A stretch of DNA of 64,000 nucleotides from a bacterium (GTDB lineage Bacteria > Patescibacteriota > Patescibacteriia > Patescibacteriales > UBA12465). The stretch covers positions 145,121-209,120 of the forward strand of contig DAOMZR010000002.1 of assembly GCA_035400585.1 (NCBI GenBank), given 5' to 3'. This document shows positions 47,737-57,614 of the stretch, piece by piece. Position numbers and translations under genes: made by a program. The stretch's first letter is position 1. The number at the start of each line of letters is the position of its first letter. Under the pieces are notes generated by a model, which was given only the letters and a program-made list of their open reading frames with translations, was not told the origin of the DNA and ran no database searches.

Positions 47737-50622
47737 CTAATTTATATTTATTGTGACTTGGTTGCTTTTTTTAACCAAACCGTTCCAATCATAGAATTCA
47801 GCATAAAGTTTATAGGTGCCACTTTCTGGCAACATTTCCCACTCTGTTTCTATGGTTTTATTCAAAATGGCATCTATGGTTTTTATTTTGTTAACGCTGT
47901 CCGTGTTTTCATCTTTAATAAATAAATCTATCTTAATAATTTGATCTGGATTGGTAACTATCATTTTAATTGGTAATGGAAAATCGGCCGAACTTAAAGC
48001 CAAACCACTTGTGGGATATATTAGATTAAGGTTTGATGGTAATTTTTCGGTGTTTTTATCTAACATTAAATTAAACTCTAGAGACTTTTCGGCGCAATTT
48101 AAAGCATCGTCACAAACTATAACTTTTAAATTATAATAGCCGTTATTTAGAAATGAAATGTTCTTGTTTAAGTCAAAGGGATAGGATGTTTTTCTATCTA
48201 ATAAATTTCCATTGATATAATATTCAACCTTATAAATTCCTCTAGGAGCTGTAGCCTGTAATTCGACTACAAAATTTTCATTAGCAATCACAGAATTATC
48301 TTCAATATTTTTAATTGAAAAAACTGGTATGTTTTCTGGATCATAAATATTTTGAGCTTGATTTAATATTTCTGGATTATAATTTTCATCTTGTTTTTTT
48401 GCCCATTCCAAAACTCTGTCTTCCCATAATCTAAATTGAGGATCTTTTTCTGGATTATCCGGCGCTGGTCCAAGTGGATCTTCTTTATCTACGTAATACA
48501 AAATGGAGTGATGATCGGCAAAAAATACTTCTTCAACTAACTCATTAGGAGTACTTTCGGTGGCAATATCTCCGGTTTCTTTGTTTATTTTTATTGTCTT
48601 TCCAACTGGTTCGCCATCAATTAAGGCTTTGCCAGTTTTTTCTATTTGTGGTTCGGAAAAACTTTCGGCTGGTTTTTTGTCTAAAGCATTTTTCATAAAT
48701 TCATTCCAAATCGGTGCAGCCACCACACTGCCATCAGCACCTCTTTTCATCTCAGTATTATCGTTATTGCCAACCCAAACACCAGCGACAAGAGATGGCG
48801 TATAACCAATAGTCCAAGCATCTCTAAAATTATTAGTAGTTCCGGTTTTAGCTGCTACGGGTCTGTCGGCTAAAACCAAATTATTTCTTTCTCCAAAAAT
48901 GAAAGATCTGGCCCCATTATCGGATAAAACACTATTTATCATTTTAGCTATGTTTGGTTCTAAAACTTTTTTTCTTCTTTCCTGAAATTCTTCTAAAACC
49001 TTTCCTTCTTTATCTTCCACTTTTAAAACAACGCTGGTTGGACTTATTTCTCCTTCTTGAGCAAAAATACTATAAGCATTAACATGTTCTAATAATTTTA
49101 CTTCGGCTCCACCCAAAACTAAGGAAAGTCCGTAATTGTCTGGATTAGTTAAAGTCGTATATCCAGCATCTTTGGCTAAAGATATAACATTATCTATACC
49201 AGCTAAATACAAAGCTTTTACTGCTGGTATGTTTAAAGATCCGGCCAAAGCTTTTCTTATAGATATTGGACCGCTTTCTTGTCCGTTGTAGTTGTTTGGT
49301 TCATAGGCTTTCCCAGAGGCAGAAAAATTGGTTATAACATCGTAAAGTATGGAATTGGGGTTAAAACCTTTTTTAAATAGCGTTGCGTAAACCAAAGGCT
49401 TCATCGAAGATCCTGGTTGTCTTGGTCTTAAGGCAACATTTACTTGGCCATCTATATCCTGATTAAAATAATCTTTAGAACCAACCATGGCTAGAACTTG
49501 TCCGTTTTTTGGATCAATGGCAACTAGCGAGGCATTACTAGCATTAAATTTTGTAGCGTTTTCTTCTACGCGATTTTTAATTGCTTCTTCGGCTATTTTT
49601 TGTTTTTCTAAATCAAGTGTTGTGTATATTTTAAGACCGCCTTGCTCTAATTCTTTTGTTCCGTATTTTTCTGCTAAAACCTCTTTAACATACATTACAA
49701 AGTGGGGGGCCAAGATATTGGTTTCTGGTCCTTTAAAAACAAGTTCATATTTTTTAGCTTCTTCTTTTTCTTCTTCACTAATATAGCCTTGTTCTTGCAT
49801 CAAATCTAAAATATATTGTTGTCTTCCTATTAACAAATCCCTGTTTGGACCATAGGGTGAATATCTACTTGGCGCTTGAGGAAGCGCTGCCAGTAATGCT
49901 CCTTCGGCCAAATTTAAATCTCTGGCTGATTTGCCAAAATATTTTTGGCTGGCTGCCTCTACTCCATAAGCATTAGATCCATAAGGAATTTCATTTAAAT
50001 ACATTTGTAATATCTCGTCTTTGCTGAACTTTTTTTCTATTCTCTGAGCTATAATCATTTCTTTTATTTTTCTGGAATATTTTTTTTCTGATGTAAGTAG
50101 AGAATTTTTAACAAATTGTTGAGTTAGGGTTGATGCTCCAGCCTTTTTACCATACAAAACGTTAGTAATTACAGTTCTAGCAATAGCCAAAAAACTAACT
50201 CCTTTGTGTTTGTAAAAATTTTTATCTTCGATAGCGATAGTTGCTTGTTGAACATAGTCTGGTATTTCTGATAAATTTACCAAAGTTCTTTTTTCCTCTC
50301 CGTGAAATTCATATAAAATATTTTCACCGGTACGGTCATAAATAATTGTGCTTTGAGCTATTTCTCTTTCGATTAGTTGGTTTGGATTTGGCAAATCTTT
50401 AGACAACCAAAGAACAGTTGCCAAAGAAACAACGACACCCAAAAGGAATAAAAATAAAACAGATTTAATAAAAACCCTGTTGGACAGAATGGCAATAAAT
50501 ATGTTTTTTTTATTTTTTTTCTGGGGGTTTAAAACGTTGTTTTTTCTATAAATCATTTTTATTTTTTTGGGTCGATAGTACTGAGATCCAGAAAATTTTT
50601 TCTTTATATCTTTTTTTATCAT
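47737..50622 (-). CDS. Class A penicillin-binding protein (PBP1A family) with C-terminal Ig-like domains
   Basis: EDKNFY.H.G, GASTLTQQ, RKIKE (transglycosylase); GSSMKP (SxxK), SLN, KTGT (transpeptidase). Confidence 0.93.
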   Translation of the reverse strand: MIKKDIKKKFSGSQYYRPKKIKMIYRKNNVLNPQKKNKKNIFIAILSNRVFIKSVLFLFLLGVVVSLATVLWLSKDLPNPNQLIEREIAQSTIIYDRTGENILYEFHGEEKRTLVNLSEIPDYVQQATIAIEDKNFYKHKGVSFLAIARTVITNVLYGKKAGASTLTQQFVKNSLLTSEKKYSRKIKEMIIAQRIEKKFSKDEILQMYLNEIPYGSNAYGVEAASQKYFGKSARDLNLAEGALLAALPQAPSRYSPYGPNRDLLIGRQQYILDLMQEQGYISEEEKEEAKKYELVFKGPETNILAPHFVMYVKEVLAEKYGTKELEQGGLKIYTTLDLEKQKIAEEAIKNRVEENATKFNASNASLVAIDPKNGQVLAMVGSKDYFNQDIDGQVNVALRPRQPGSSMKPLVYATLFKKGFNPNSILYDVITNFSASGKAYEPNNYNGQESGPISIRKALAGSLNIPAVKALYLAGIDNVISLAKDAGYTTLTNPDNYGLSLVLGGAEVKLLEHVNAYSIFAQEGEISPTSVVLKVEDKEGKVLEEFQERRKKVLEPNIAKMINSVLSDNGARSFIFGERNNLVLADRPVAAKTGTTNNFRDAWTIGYTPSLVAGVWVGNNDNTEMKRGADGSVVAAPIWNEFMKNALDKKPAESFSEPQIEKTGKALIDGEPVGKTIKINKETGDIATESTPNELVEEVFFADHHSILYYVDKEDPLGPAPDNPEKDPQFRLWEDRVLEWAKKQDENYNPEILNQAQNIYDPENIPVFSIKNIEDNSVIANENFVVELQATAPRGIYKVEYYINGNLLDRKTSYPFDLNKNISFLNNGYYNLKVIVCDDALNCAEKSLEFNLMLDKNTEKLPSNLNLIYPTSGLALSSADFPLPIKMIVTNPDQIIKIDLFIKDENTDSVNKIKTIDAILNKTIETEWEMLPESGTYKLYAEFYDWNGLVKKSNQVTININ

Positions 50623-50736
50623 TTTTTTACTTTTTTATTTTTGTTTTTTAAAATCAAAAAATCTGTTAATATGTTAAATATAATATAATATTAACAAAAT
50701 AAGCCTAATTTCGCAATAGATTATTTGTTTTTAAAT

Positions 50737-51876
50737 ATGAACAAAAAAAGATTTTTTTTAGTTTTTATACTTGTTTTTACTGTTTTTTTATTTTCTAGTG
50801 AAATCGTGTTGGCCAGTAACTCCAATAAGAGTGGCGATATAATTTTTAAAGCCAAAGTAGTAGACATTATAAAAGAAGAAGAGAAGAAAAATGATGATGG
50901 AAAAATAATAAAACAACAAAATCTTCTTCTTTTAGGGCTAGACAAAGAATTCAAAAATAAAGAAATAGTGTTTAATGGTATCGGAAATATTGAAATTATA
51001 GGCAATAATATTTATAAGAAAGGACAGACTCTTTTTGTTTTGGCTTCCTGGGATCAGACAAGCAATCAATATAATTATTATATAACTGATCGCTCTAGAA
51101 GTGATGTTTTGATTTTTATAAGTGTTCTCTTTGTTTTATTTCTTTTATTGGTTAGTGGTTTCAAGGGTTTGCGCTCTGTTATTTCTTTGATTTTAACTTT
51201 TTTGATTATTATTTTTTTTATTGTGCCGAGAATATTAGATGGGGCTAATCCAGTTTTAATAACGTCTATCGGTTCTTTTTTAATATTATTTTCGGTTGTA
51301 TATTTGACAGAAGGATTTAACGTTAAATCGCACATATCCTCCTTGTCGATTTTCTTAAGCCTATCTTTGGTTATTGGAATCTCTTGGCTATTTATTAATT
51401 TAGGAAAGCTTTCGGGTGCCTTTAGTGAAGATGTTTTTATACTTTTAAATATAGGCCAAAATGCAATTAATTTTAAAGGGTTTCTTTTGGCTGGGGTAAT
51501 TATTGGAACCTTAGGTGTAATAGATGATATTATTATTTCTCAGGTTGTTTCTGTTGAACAAATAGTTGAATCCAATCCTCATCAAGATTGGAAAGATGTT
51601 TTTAAAAAAGCACACAAAATAGGAGTCTCTCACATTGCTTCAATGACCAATACTTTGTTTTTGGCCTATGCGGGCGTTTCTTTGCCGGTCTTAATATTGT
51701 TCGTAAGTCCAGATAACCCTTTCAGCAGTTTAGAACAAATAATTAGTAATGAGGCTATTAGTACAGAAATAATAAGAGCTTTAAGTGGAAGTATTGGTAT
51801 AATATTATCAGTTCCGTTGTCTACCTTTTTAGCGTCTTGGTGGTTTGTTCGGAGAAAAAGAAAAGATATTAATTAA
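50737..51876 (+). CDS. YibE/F-family membrane protein
   Basis: G.KGLRS, IIGTLGVIDD, SMTNTLFLAYAG, EIIRAL.GSIG. Confidence 0.88.
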   Translation: MNKKRFFLVFILVFTVFLFSSEIVLASNSNKSGDIIFKAKVVDIIKEEEKKNDDGKIIKQQNLLLLGLDKEFKNKEIVFNGIGNIEIIGNNIYKKGQTLFVLASWDQTSNQYNYYITDRSRSDVLIFISVLFVLFLLLVSGFKGLRSVISLILTFLIIIFFIVPRILDGANPVLITSIGSFLILFSVVYLTEGFNVKSHISSLSIFLSLSLVIGISWLFINLGKLSGAFSEDVFILLNIGQNAINFKGFLLAGVIIGTLGVIDDIIISQVVSVEQIVESNPHQDWKDVFKKAHKIGVSHIASMTNTLFLAYAGVSLPVLILFVSPDNPFSSLEQIISNEAISTEIIRALSGSIGIILSVPLSTFLASWWFVRRKRKDIN

Positions 51877-51905
51877 CAAAAAGCGACGAATAATCGTCGC
51901 TTTTT
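51877..51905. terminator. Bidirectional terminator
   Basis: AAAAAGCGACGA-ataa-TCGTCGCTTTTT. Confidence 0.8.
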
Positions 51906-51914
51906 ATTTTTGTG

Positions 51915-51986
51915 AGCGGGTAGGGGGAATCGAACCCCCATCCTCAGCTTGGAAGGCTGATATAAAAGCCATTATACGATACCCGC
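51915..51986 (-). tRNA. tRNA-Gly(TCC)
   Basis: GCGGGTATCGTATAATGG... TCAGC-CT TCC AA-GCTGA ... GGGGGTTCGATTCCCCCTACCCGCT. Confidence 0.93.
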
Positions 51987-51993
51987 TAAATTG

Positions 51994-52067
51994 CGGAACG
52001 GACGGGACTCGAACCCGCGACCTCCTGCGTGACAGGCAGGCGTTCTAACCAACTGAACTACCGCTCC
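51994..52067 (-). tRNA. tRNA-Asp(GTC)
   Basis: GGAGCGGTAGTTCAGTTGGTTAGAACG CCTGC-CT GTC AC-GCAGG ... GTTCGAGTCCCGTCCGTTCCG. Confidence 0.96.
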
Positions 52068-52232
52068 ATATAAAATGTTGTTCCAAAGCAAAAAAATAAT
52101 AGCAAAAAAATTTGGGCTTGTCAAAAACATTTTTATAATGTATAATGGGTCTTAATAAAGGCTGTAAAAAAGGCCTGGTTTTTAGAATTTATTAGAAGAT
52201 TTTAATAGGATTAAAATTTCCTAAAAGAAAGT

Positions 52233-52610
52233 ATGATTGACGCAAAAAAAGTTGAAAAAATAAAGAAAGATCTCCTAGAAAGGAAGAAACAAATTCTGGC
52301 CGATCTTAGTGATTTGTCAAAGAAAGATCTACATGAAACTGACAATAGAATAGCCAAATTTCCAGAGTATGGAGATAAACCAGACGAAAATGCTCAAGAA
52401 ATAAGTGAGTATTCAACCACTGTTGTGGCCGAGAAAGTTTTGGAAAAAACATTAGAAGAAATTGACTCTGCTTTAAACAGAATAGAAAACGGAACCTATA
52501 GTGTCTGTAAATATTGTGGTGGAGAAATTAGTGAAAAAAGATTAGAGGCTAGGCCAACGGCCAGTTCTTGTATTGAATGTAAAACAAGATTGCAAGAGGA
52601 AAATGAATAA
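52233..52610 (+). CDS. TraR/DksA C4 zinc-finger protein
   Basis: Coiled coil, ALNRIENGTYSVCKYC...I...RLEARP....CIEC. Confidence 0.9.
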   Translation: MIDAKKVEKIKKDLLERKKQILADLSDLSKKDLHETDNRIAKFPEYGDKPDENAQEISEYSTTVVAEKVLEKTLEEIDSALNRIENGTYSVCKYCGGEISEKRLEARPTASSCIECKTRLQEENE

Positions 52611-53079
52611 ATATTTTTTTAAAAAATATCAAATTATTAATATAGCTATTTTTTCATTAATAGCTATATTTTTTATATTGGATAGATTGTTAAAAAAAAT
52701 ATCTTTACACGATCAAGTACAAAGAGAAATTTTTGGAAGCGTTTTTAAATTTAGTTTTACTGCTAATAAATATATAGCCTTCTCTTTGCCAATAGGTGGT
52801 TTGTTTTTAATTATTCTTGTTGGCGGCATCTTGTTGTTTTTTTTGTTTTATTTAATATTTCTTTTTTATAAAAAAAGATATAAAGAATTTTTTGGCTTTC
52901 TGGCTGTTTTTTTGGGGGCTTTAAGTAATTTTATTGATAGGATCGTTTACTCCTTTGTGGTTGATTATTTTGATCTAATTTATTTTACGGTTTTCAATCT
53001 AGCGGATGTTTTGATATTTTTAGGTTCAATTTTTTTAATTTATTTTTATTTTAAAGACGAAATAAATAAAAAATTATAA
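52603..53079 (+). CDS. lspA: Lipoprotein signal peptidase II
   Basis: LDRLLK, N..IAFS, GALSNFIDR, VVDYF, FNLAD. Confidence 0.85.
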   Translation: MNKYFFKKYQIINIAIFSLIAIFFILDRLLKKISLHDQVQREIFGSVFKFSFTANKYIAFSLPIGGLFLIILVGGILLFFLFYLIFLFYKKRYKEFFGFLAVFLGALSNFIDRIVYSFVVDYFDLIYFTVFNLADVLIFLGSIFLIYFYFKDEINKKL

Positions 53080-53183
53080 AATTGGAGTAGTTGACTTTTG
53101 TTTATCTCTTTGTTAAATTACTTAATGTTAGACGTTGGTTTTGCTCTTTTTTATTTTCTGTAAAACATTTTTTGTTAGTATTT

Positions 53184-53255
53184 GTCCCTGTAGTTCAATG
53201 GATAGAACATCAGCCTTCTAAGCTGAATATCTAGGTTCGATTCCTAGCGGGGACA
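53184..53255 (+). tRNA. tRNA-Arg(TCT)
   Basis: GTCCCTGTAGTTCAATGGATAGAACA TCAGC-CT TCT AA-GCTGA ... GTTCGATTCCTAGCGGGGACA. Confidence 0.95.
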
Positions 53256-53324
53256 CACGTTTTGGTTTAAAGATTTTTTTAAATCTTCCTAATATTTGGG
53301 ACATATTATTCCAAATTTGTTTTT

Positions 53325-53855
53325 ATGATCTATCTTTTCTCTTTTTTTCTAATTGTTTTGGTTTTTGTCCTAGTTTTCTCTTCGATTCAGTTTTATAATA
53401 TTGTTTTTAGGGGTTTTGCTCCTTTTATTTCCACTAAATTTGAAGCCATTTTAACTATTTTAAAAGACTTAAATTTAAAAGGAAGTGAGCATGTTTATGA
53501 GTTGGGTTCAGGGAAGGCTGGTTTTTTAAGAGCAATTGAACAGAGGTTTGGAAATAAAAATTTGATTGGAATTGAATATTCTTTCTTTCCCTATATTTTA
53601 GCCAAAATTCAAATTGCCCTTTCAGGAAGCTCAATTAAAATTATAAGAAAAGACATGTTTAAGGTTAGCTTGAAAGAGGCAGATGTTCTTTATTGTTTTC
53701 TTAGTCCAGAAATGATGATTAAATTGGAAAAAAAGTTTAAAACAGAATGTCGTCCCGGAACAATTGTTATTAGTTATCATTTTAGACTGCCAAATCTTGA
53801 ACCAGAAAGAGTTTTGAAAGAAAGTAATGACAATATTTATTTTTACCGAATTTAA
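53325..53855 (+). CDS. Membrane-anchored SAM-dependent methyltransferase
   Basis: N-terminal TM, APFIST, ELGSG.A, ADVLYCFL.P..M..L..K...E..PG..V.S..F. Confidence 0.8.
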   Translation: MIYLFSFFLIVLVFVLVFSSIQFYNIVFRGFAPFISTKFEAILTILKDLNLKGSEHVYELGSGKAGFLRAIEQRFGNKNLIGIEYSFFPYILAKIQIALSGSSIKIIRKDMFKVSLKEADVLYCFLSPEMMIKLEKKFKTECRPGTIVISYHFRLPNLEPERVLKESNDNIYFYRI

Positions 53856-53876
53856 TTTTTAAATATTTCGGTTGAT

Positions 53877-53952
53877 GGTGGCTATAGTTTAGCGGCTAGA
53901 ACGTCGGGTTGTGGTCCCGAAGATGAGGGTTCGATTCCCTCTAGCTACCCCA
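53877..53952 (+). tRNA. tRNA-His(GTG) with G-1 and encoded CCA
   Basis: G-GTGGCTATAGTTTAGCGGCTAGAACG TCGGG-TT GTG GT-CCCGA ... GTTCGATTCCCTCTAGCTAC C CCA. Confidence 0.95.
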
Positions 53953-54031
53953 TAATGAAGCATATAAAAATAACCCTAATATTATGGTTATTTTTTTAGA
54001 CTTATCAGACTCCTGGTGAGAGATAAATTGG

Positions 54032-54060
54032 TTGACAAAACATAATATTTATAGTAATAT
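54032..54060 (+). promoter_or_regulatory. Sigma70-type promoter for the 73-aa ORF
   Basis: TTGACA 54032-54037, 17 bp, TAATAT 54055-54060. Confidence 0.55.
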
Positions 54061-54106
54061 ATATTCACTAAACGATATTGTTTAGCGACCATTAAAAAAT
54101 AAAAAA

Positions 54107-54328
54107 ATGGCACAGAGTGTAGTTTTAACAGAAGAAAGAAAGGGCCAAATAGCCCTGCTCATCTTAAAACATGACTTCACCCAAAAAGCTCAGACTCTTA
54201 ACAGAACAGATGTTATGAGAAAAATTGGCCAAGGTGCTGAACAGCTAAAGGACCAAGGTGTCACAAAAGAAGAATTGATCGAACTCTATAAAGAATTTAT
54301 TGAAGAAGCTGTAAAAAAACTTTTTTAG
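54107..54328 (+). CDS. Small hypothetical helical protein (73 aa)
   Basis: ORF with its own promoter and terminator; amphipathic-helix pattern. Confidence 0.7.
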   Translation: MAQSVVLTEERKGQIALLILKHDFTQKAQTLNRTDVMRKIGQGAEQLKDQGVTKEELIELYKEFIEEAVKKLF

Positions 54329-54445
54329 ATCTTCTTTTAGGAGAAAGTAATCAAGGTTAGACAATAGGTCGCTAAAAGGGTAATTGCTTTTCCTTGTTTT
54401 ATAAGCTTAAAGCAGAACAAGAACCTCTCCTCATTACAATCTTCT

Positions 54446-54477
54446 AGGGCTCGCAATAACATCGCGAGCCTTTTTTT
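54446..54477 (+). terminator. Intrinsic terminator
   Basis: GGCTCGC-aataacatc-GCGAGCC followed by T-run. Confidence 0.75.
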
Positions 54478-54540
54478 GTATTAATTCGCCAAATATTCTA
54501 TTAAAAAAGTTTTCCAAGTTTTGCGCTTAGCCACCCCAAT

Positions 54541-54572
54541 AAAAAAAGAGGGCCTTGCAGACCCTCTTTTTT
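54541..54572 (-). terminator. Intrinsic terminator for 54586..55575
   Basis: AAAAAAAGAG.GG...CCCTCTTTTTT hairpin with A-run on the left. Confidence 0.65.
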
Positions 54573-54585
54573 GTTTTTCAGTATT

Positions 54586-55575
54586 TTATTTTTTAACTAA
54601 TTTTTTGCCATTTATAATTCTTTCTTTTTGCTCCTTTCCTCTATATTGAAGCGGAGGAGAACAAAACACTAACAAGCAGCCACTTCCGTCTTTAATTAAT
54701 TCTTTATTTCCCTTTAGTGAACTATCAACAAATACTTTGTTCATTTTTCCTAAATCCATATTACCTTCTGCTTTCATTATGTATTTTATAGTAGCATTTT
54801 TTTTATCAGGAAAATAACTTACTACAAAGTTTTCATTTTTAAAACTTTCTTTTTCCCATTTAAAATTTTCCGAAATTAATCTTCTATTTATTATTCTTAC
54901 AAATTCTTCTGGTAGATTATTTTTTAATTCGTCAATTAATTCTTCAATTTGTTCATTGTTCATTTTTTGTCCGTCAGCAAATGATACATCTTTTTTGTCT
55001 AACTTTCCTTTTAAAGCGTTTTTGAACATGTCTATTTCAAAATCAGAATAATCAGAAATATCTTCTTTTTCTACTTTCTTATTTTCTTTTTTATCCGTCT
55101 CTTTTGTTTTTTTAATAGAGTCGAATAAAATGTTTTCATTTTCAAATCCACCTTGTTTTTCTTCTTGAGCTTCTTCGTAGGTCTTAATAAAATTTTCTAA
55201 ATTATTTTGATTGTCAAAATTGTCTAAAAATTTTTGATTTTCTTTTTCTATCTCTAAGTCGTCTTGTTCACCATAGAAATAAGATAAATCATCGAATTTG
55301 TCTTCTTTCTTTTTTAATTTATTATTAGGATAAAGTTCTTCGTGCTTTTTTTCAAACTTTTTATATTGTCCAGAATAAGAGTAATCTTTTTCATTTATGG
55401 GATCGTAGTCCATTTTTTTCTTGTCTAAAATCTCTCCGTTTGGACTATAACCCATTTTTTTGAGTTCTTTTTCTCTTTCAATTTTCTTTTCTTCTTCGCT
55501 AACAACCTTGTCTATCTTTCCTGTGTTTTTATCAATTTTTAATCCTTGAGCTTTAAAAAAATCTCCAATTTTCAT
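54586..55575 (-). CDS. Hypothetical highly charged (K/E/D/N-rich) protein
   Basis: 329-aa ORF with terminator; no recognisable motif. Confidence 0.6.
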   Translation of the reverse strand: MKIGDFFKAQGLKIDKNTGKIDKVVSEEEKKIEREKELKKMGYSPNGEILDKKKMDYDPINEKDYSYSGQYKKFEKKHEELYPNNKLKKKEDKFDDLSYFYGEQDDLEIEKENQKFLDNFDNQNNLENFIKTYEEAQEEKQGGFENENILFDSIKKTKETDKKENKKVEKEDISDYSDFEIDMFKNALKGKLDKKDVSFADGQKMNNEQIEELIDELKNNLPEEFVRIINRRLISENFKWEKESFKNENFVVSYFPDKKNATIKYIMKAEGNMDLGKMNKVFVDSSLKGNKELIKDGSGCLLVFCSPPLQYRGKEQKERIINGKKLVKK

Positions 55576-55715
55576 ATTTTTAAATTAATTGTAAATATTT
55601 TTATTATTGTAATATATCAATTTTTTGATGTTTTGTCAAGTATTTTAAGGTCTTTTGCGAGGTTGACTTTTATTGTTTATAGTGTTTAAATGTTTAGAAA
55701 CGTTCATTAAAATAA

Positions 55716-56123
55716 ATGTTTAACCAAAATATATCGCTTATGACAAAGATTATTTTAAGAGCTATTTTTAGTTTAGCTCTAATTTCCGTTTTTTTCTGGG
55801 GAGCCGGTGAACTCTTGGCAAGCAATGATTTTGCCAGTAGTATTGTTAACAGAGAAATAAACATTTATCTCTTGGCCTCCGTTTTGAGTCTTTTTTTGGT
55901 AATTAATTTTTTTTCAAAGGTGAAAAGAATAAAAATTATTTTACCCAATATTTTATCAATTGCCAGTATAGTGATTTTATTAGTGGCCGTATCCTTGCCA
56001 ATTTTGTCAGAGGTCGGTTATTATTCTGGTAAAATGGCCGGGGATGTTATTTTTTTTGTTATATTGGTTATTTCTGGTTTAATCCCTCTTCTTTATAAAT
56101 TCAAGTTAGAGGGCGATATTTAA
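55716..56123 (+). CDS. Hypothetical 4-TM membrane protein
   Basis: Four hydrophobic segments; TTGACT element upstream. Confidence 0.55.
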   Translation: MFNQNISLMTKIILRAIFSLALISVFFWGAGELLASNDFASSIVNREINIYLLASVLSLFLVINFFSKVKRIKIILPNILSIASIVILLVAVSLPILSEVGYYSGKMAGDVIFFVILVISGLIPLLYKFKLEGDI

Positions 56124-56851
56124 TTTTTTTGATCCGAACTCTTGTTCGGATTTTTTATTTGGAATAAAAAATTATTAAAATTATTTTCATTTATTTTTTC
56201 GATTTCAATTGCTTTTTTAATTTTATACTTTCCAATCTCAGTTCTTCTTAATTCTTGAAGATGAGCTCCACATTTTAATTTCTTTCCTAAATCATCGGCG
56301 ATAGTTCTAATGTAAGTACCACTGGAACAATGTATTTTCAGTTTTAATATTGGCCAGTTGTATTTTATAATTTTTATATAAAAAATTTTTATTTTTTGTG
56401 GTTTTCTTTTTATTTCAATATTTTTTCTAGCCAATTCATATAATTTTTTTCCTCCAACCTTTTTGGCGCTATACATCGGTGGTATTTGAGTTTTCTTGTT
56501 TGCTAAAATGACTATATTTTTTTGGATATTTTCCTTGGTTGGTTTTTTGCCTTGATATTCAAAAATTGTCTGTCCGCAACGATCATAGGTGTCGGTTGAT
56601 TTTCCCAAAAAAACATCAGCTTCATATTTTTTATCAAGCTTCAAAAATAAATTAATATTTTTAGTTGCCCCACGACTTATTCCTAAAATCATTAATCCCG
56701 AGGCAAAGGGGTCCAGTGTGCCAGCGTGTCCAATTTTTTTAATTCCTGTTATTTTTCTTAGTTGGTTAACAATAGAATGAGAACTTGGACCACTTTTTTT
56801 GTCTATGAGTATAAAGCCACAATCTTTTTTATTTTGTTTCAATTGTTTCAT
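56120..56851 (-). CDS. truB: tRNA pseudouridine(55) synthase
   Basis: KIGHAGTLDPFASG, QIPPMYSAKK..G..LY..AR, CSSGTYIR. Confidence 0.96.
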   Translation of the reverse strand: MKQLKQNKKDCGFILIDKKSGPSSHSIVNQLRKITGIKKIGHAGTLDPFASGLMILGISRGATKNINLFLKLDKKYEADVFLGKSTDTYDRCGQTIFEYQGKKPTKENIQKNIVILANKKTQIPPMYSAKKVGGKKLYELARKNIEIKRKPQKIKIFYIKIIKYNWPILKLKIHCSSGTYIRTIADDLGKKLKCGAHLQELRRTEIGKYKIKKAIEIEKINENNFNNFLFQIKNPNKSSDQKN

Positions 56852-57530
56852 TTGTTGTAGGGGCTATATTGTTCTTTTTTTGGTATTCTAATTTAATATC
56901 GTACAAAACTTTCTTTAATTCGTAGGGGTTTTTTACGTGATAAAGTACTGCTTCGTAGCCGTCACTACCGGCGGTACTTATTGATAAAGTCCCACTCTTA
57001 ATAATTCTTTCTAAAAATGATTGATTAACTCCTATATCAGTTATTTGATTATAGTAGATTGTTTTGATAGAAGTTTCTAGCCAGCCTCTTTTTACTATTA
57101 TCCTTTGATCAGTAAAAAGGAATTCGTTAGATATTCTTAAATAAAAAACATTATAAAAAATTATGCCGGGAGCTATAATTAGTAGAAATATTATGGCCAG
57201 TATCATCCAAATACTTATAATCCATTGCCCCACTTCTTCAACATCTATAATATTTAAATATTGGGACAATTTATCAGAAAGATTTGTTTGATCCAATATT
57301 TCTTCATAAGGCGTTGATGGTGTTTGACTTATAATATTTTTTCCAACAGGAATTACTATTAGTTGAGCTTTATCTATAAAAAACAAACCAATCGATATTC
57401 CGAGAAAAATGGCCAACCACTTTATTAATAAAGCAATTATTCTTATTTTTATATAGCGATTGCAAATCGAAAAATATTTTATTATTTTTTCGTCTTGTCC
57501 GAGACTTTTTTTAATTATTTTGCTCATCAT
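56829..57530 (-). CDS. Membrane protein with bacterial PH (bPH_2) domain
   Basis: Two TM; FTDQRIIVKRG, ITDIGVNQSFLERII.SGTL.ISTAG. Confidence 0.75.
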   Translation of the reverse strand: MMSKIIKKSLGQDEKIIKYFSICNRYIKIRIIALLIKWLAIFLGISIGLFFIDKAQLIVIPVGKNIISQTPSTPYEEILDQTNLSDKLSQYLNIIDVEEVGQWIISIWMILAIIFLLIIAPGIIFYNVFYLRISNEFLFTDQRIIVKRGWLETSIKTIYYNQITDIGVNQSFLERIIKSGTLSISTAGSDGYEAVLYHVKNPYELKKVLYDIKLEYQKKNNIAPTTNETIETK

Positions 57531-57614
57531 ATTTTCATAATAACAAAGTTTTTCAAAAAAATAAAACTATGTTAAAATTTATTTAAAATTAAATAATCAT
57601 CTCTATTTATTACT

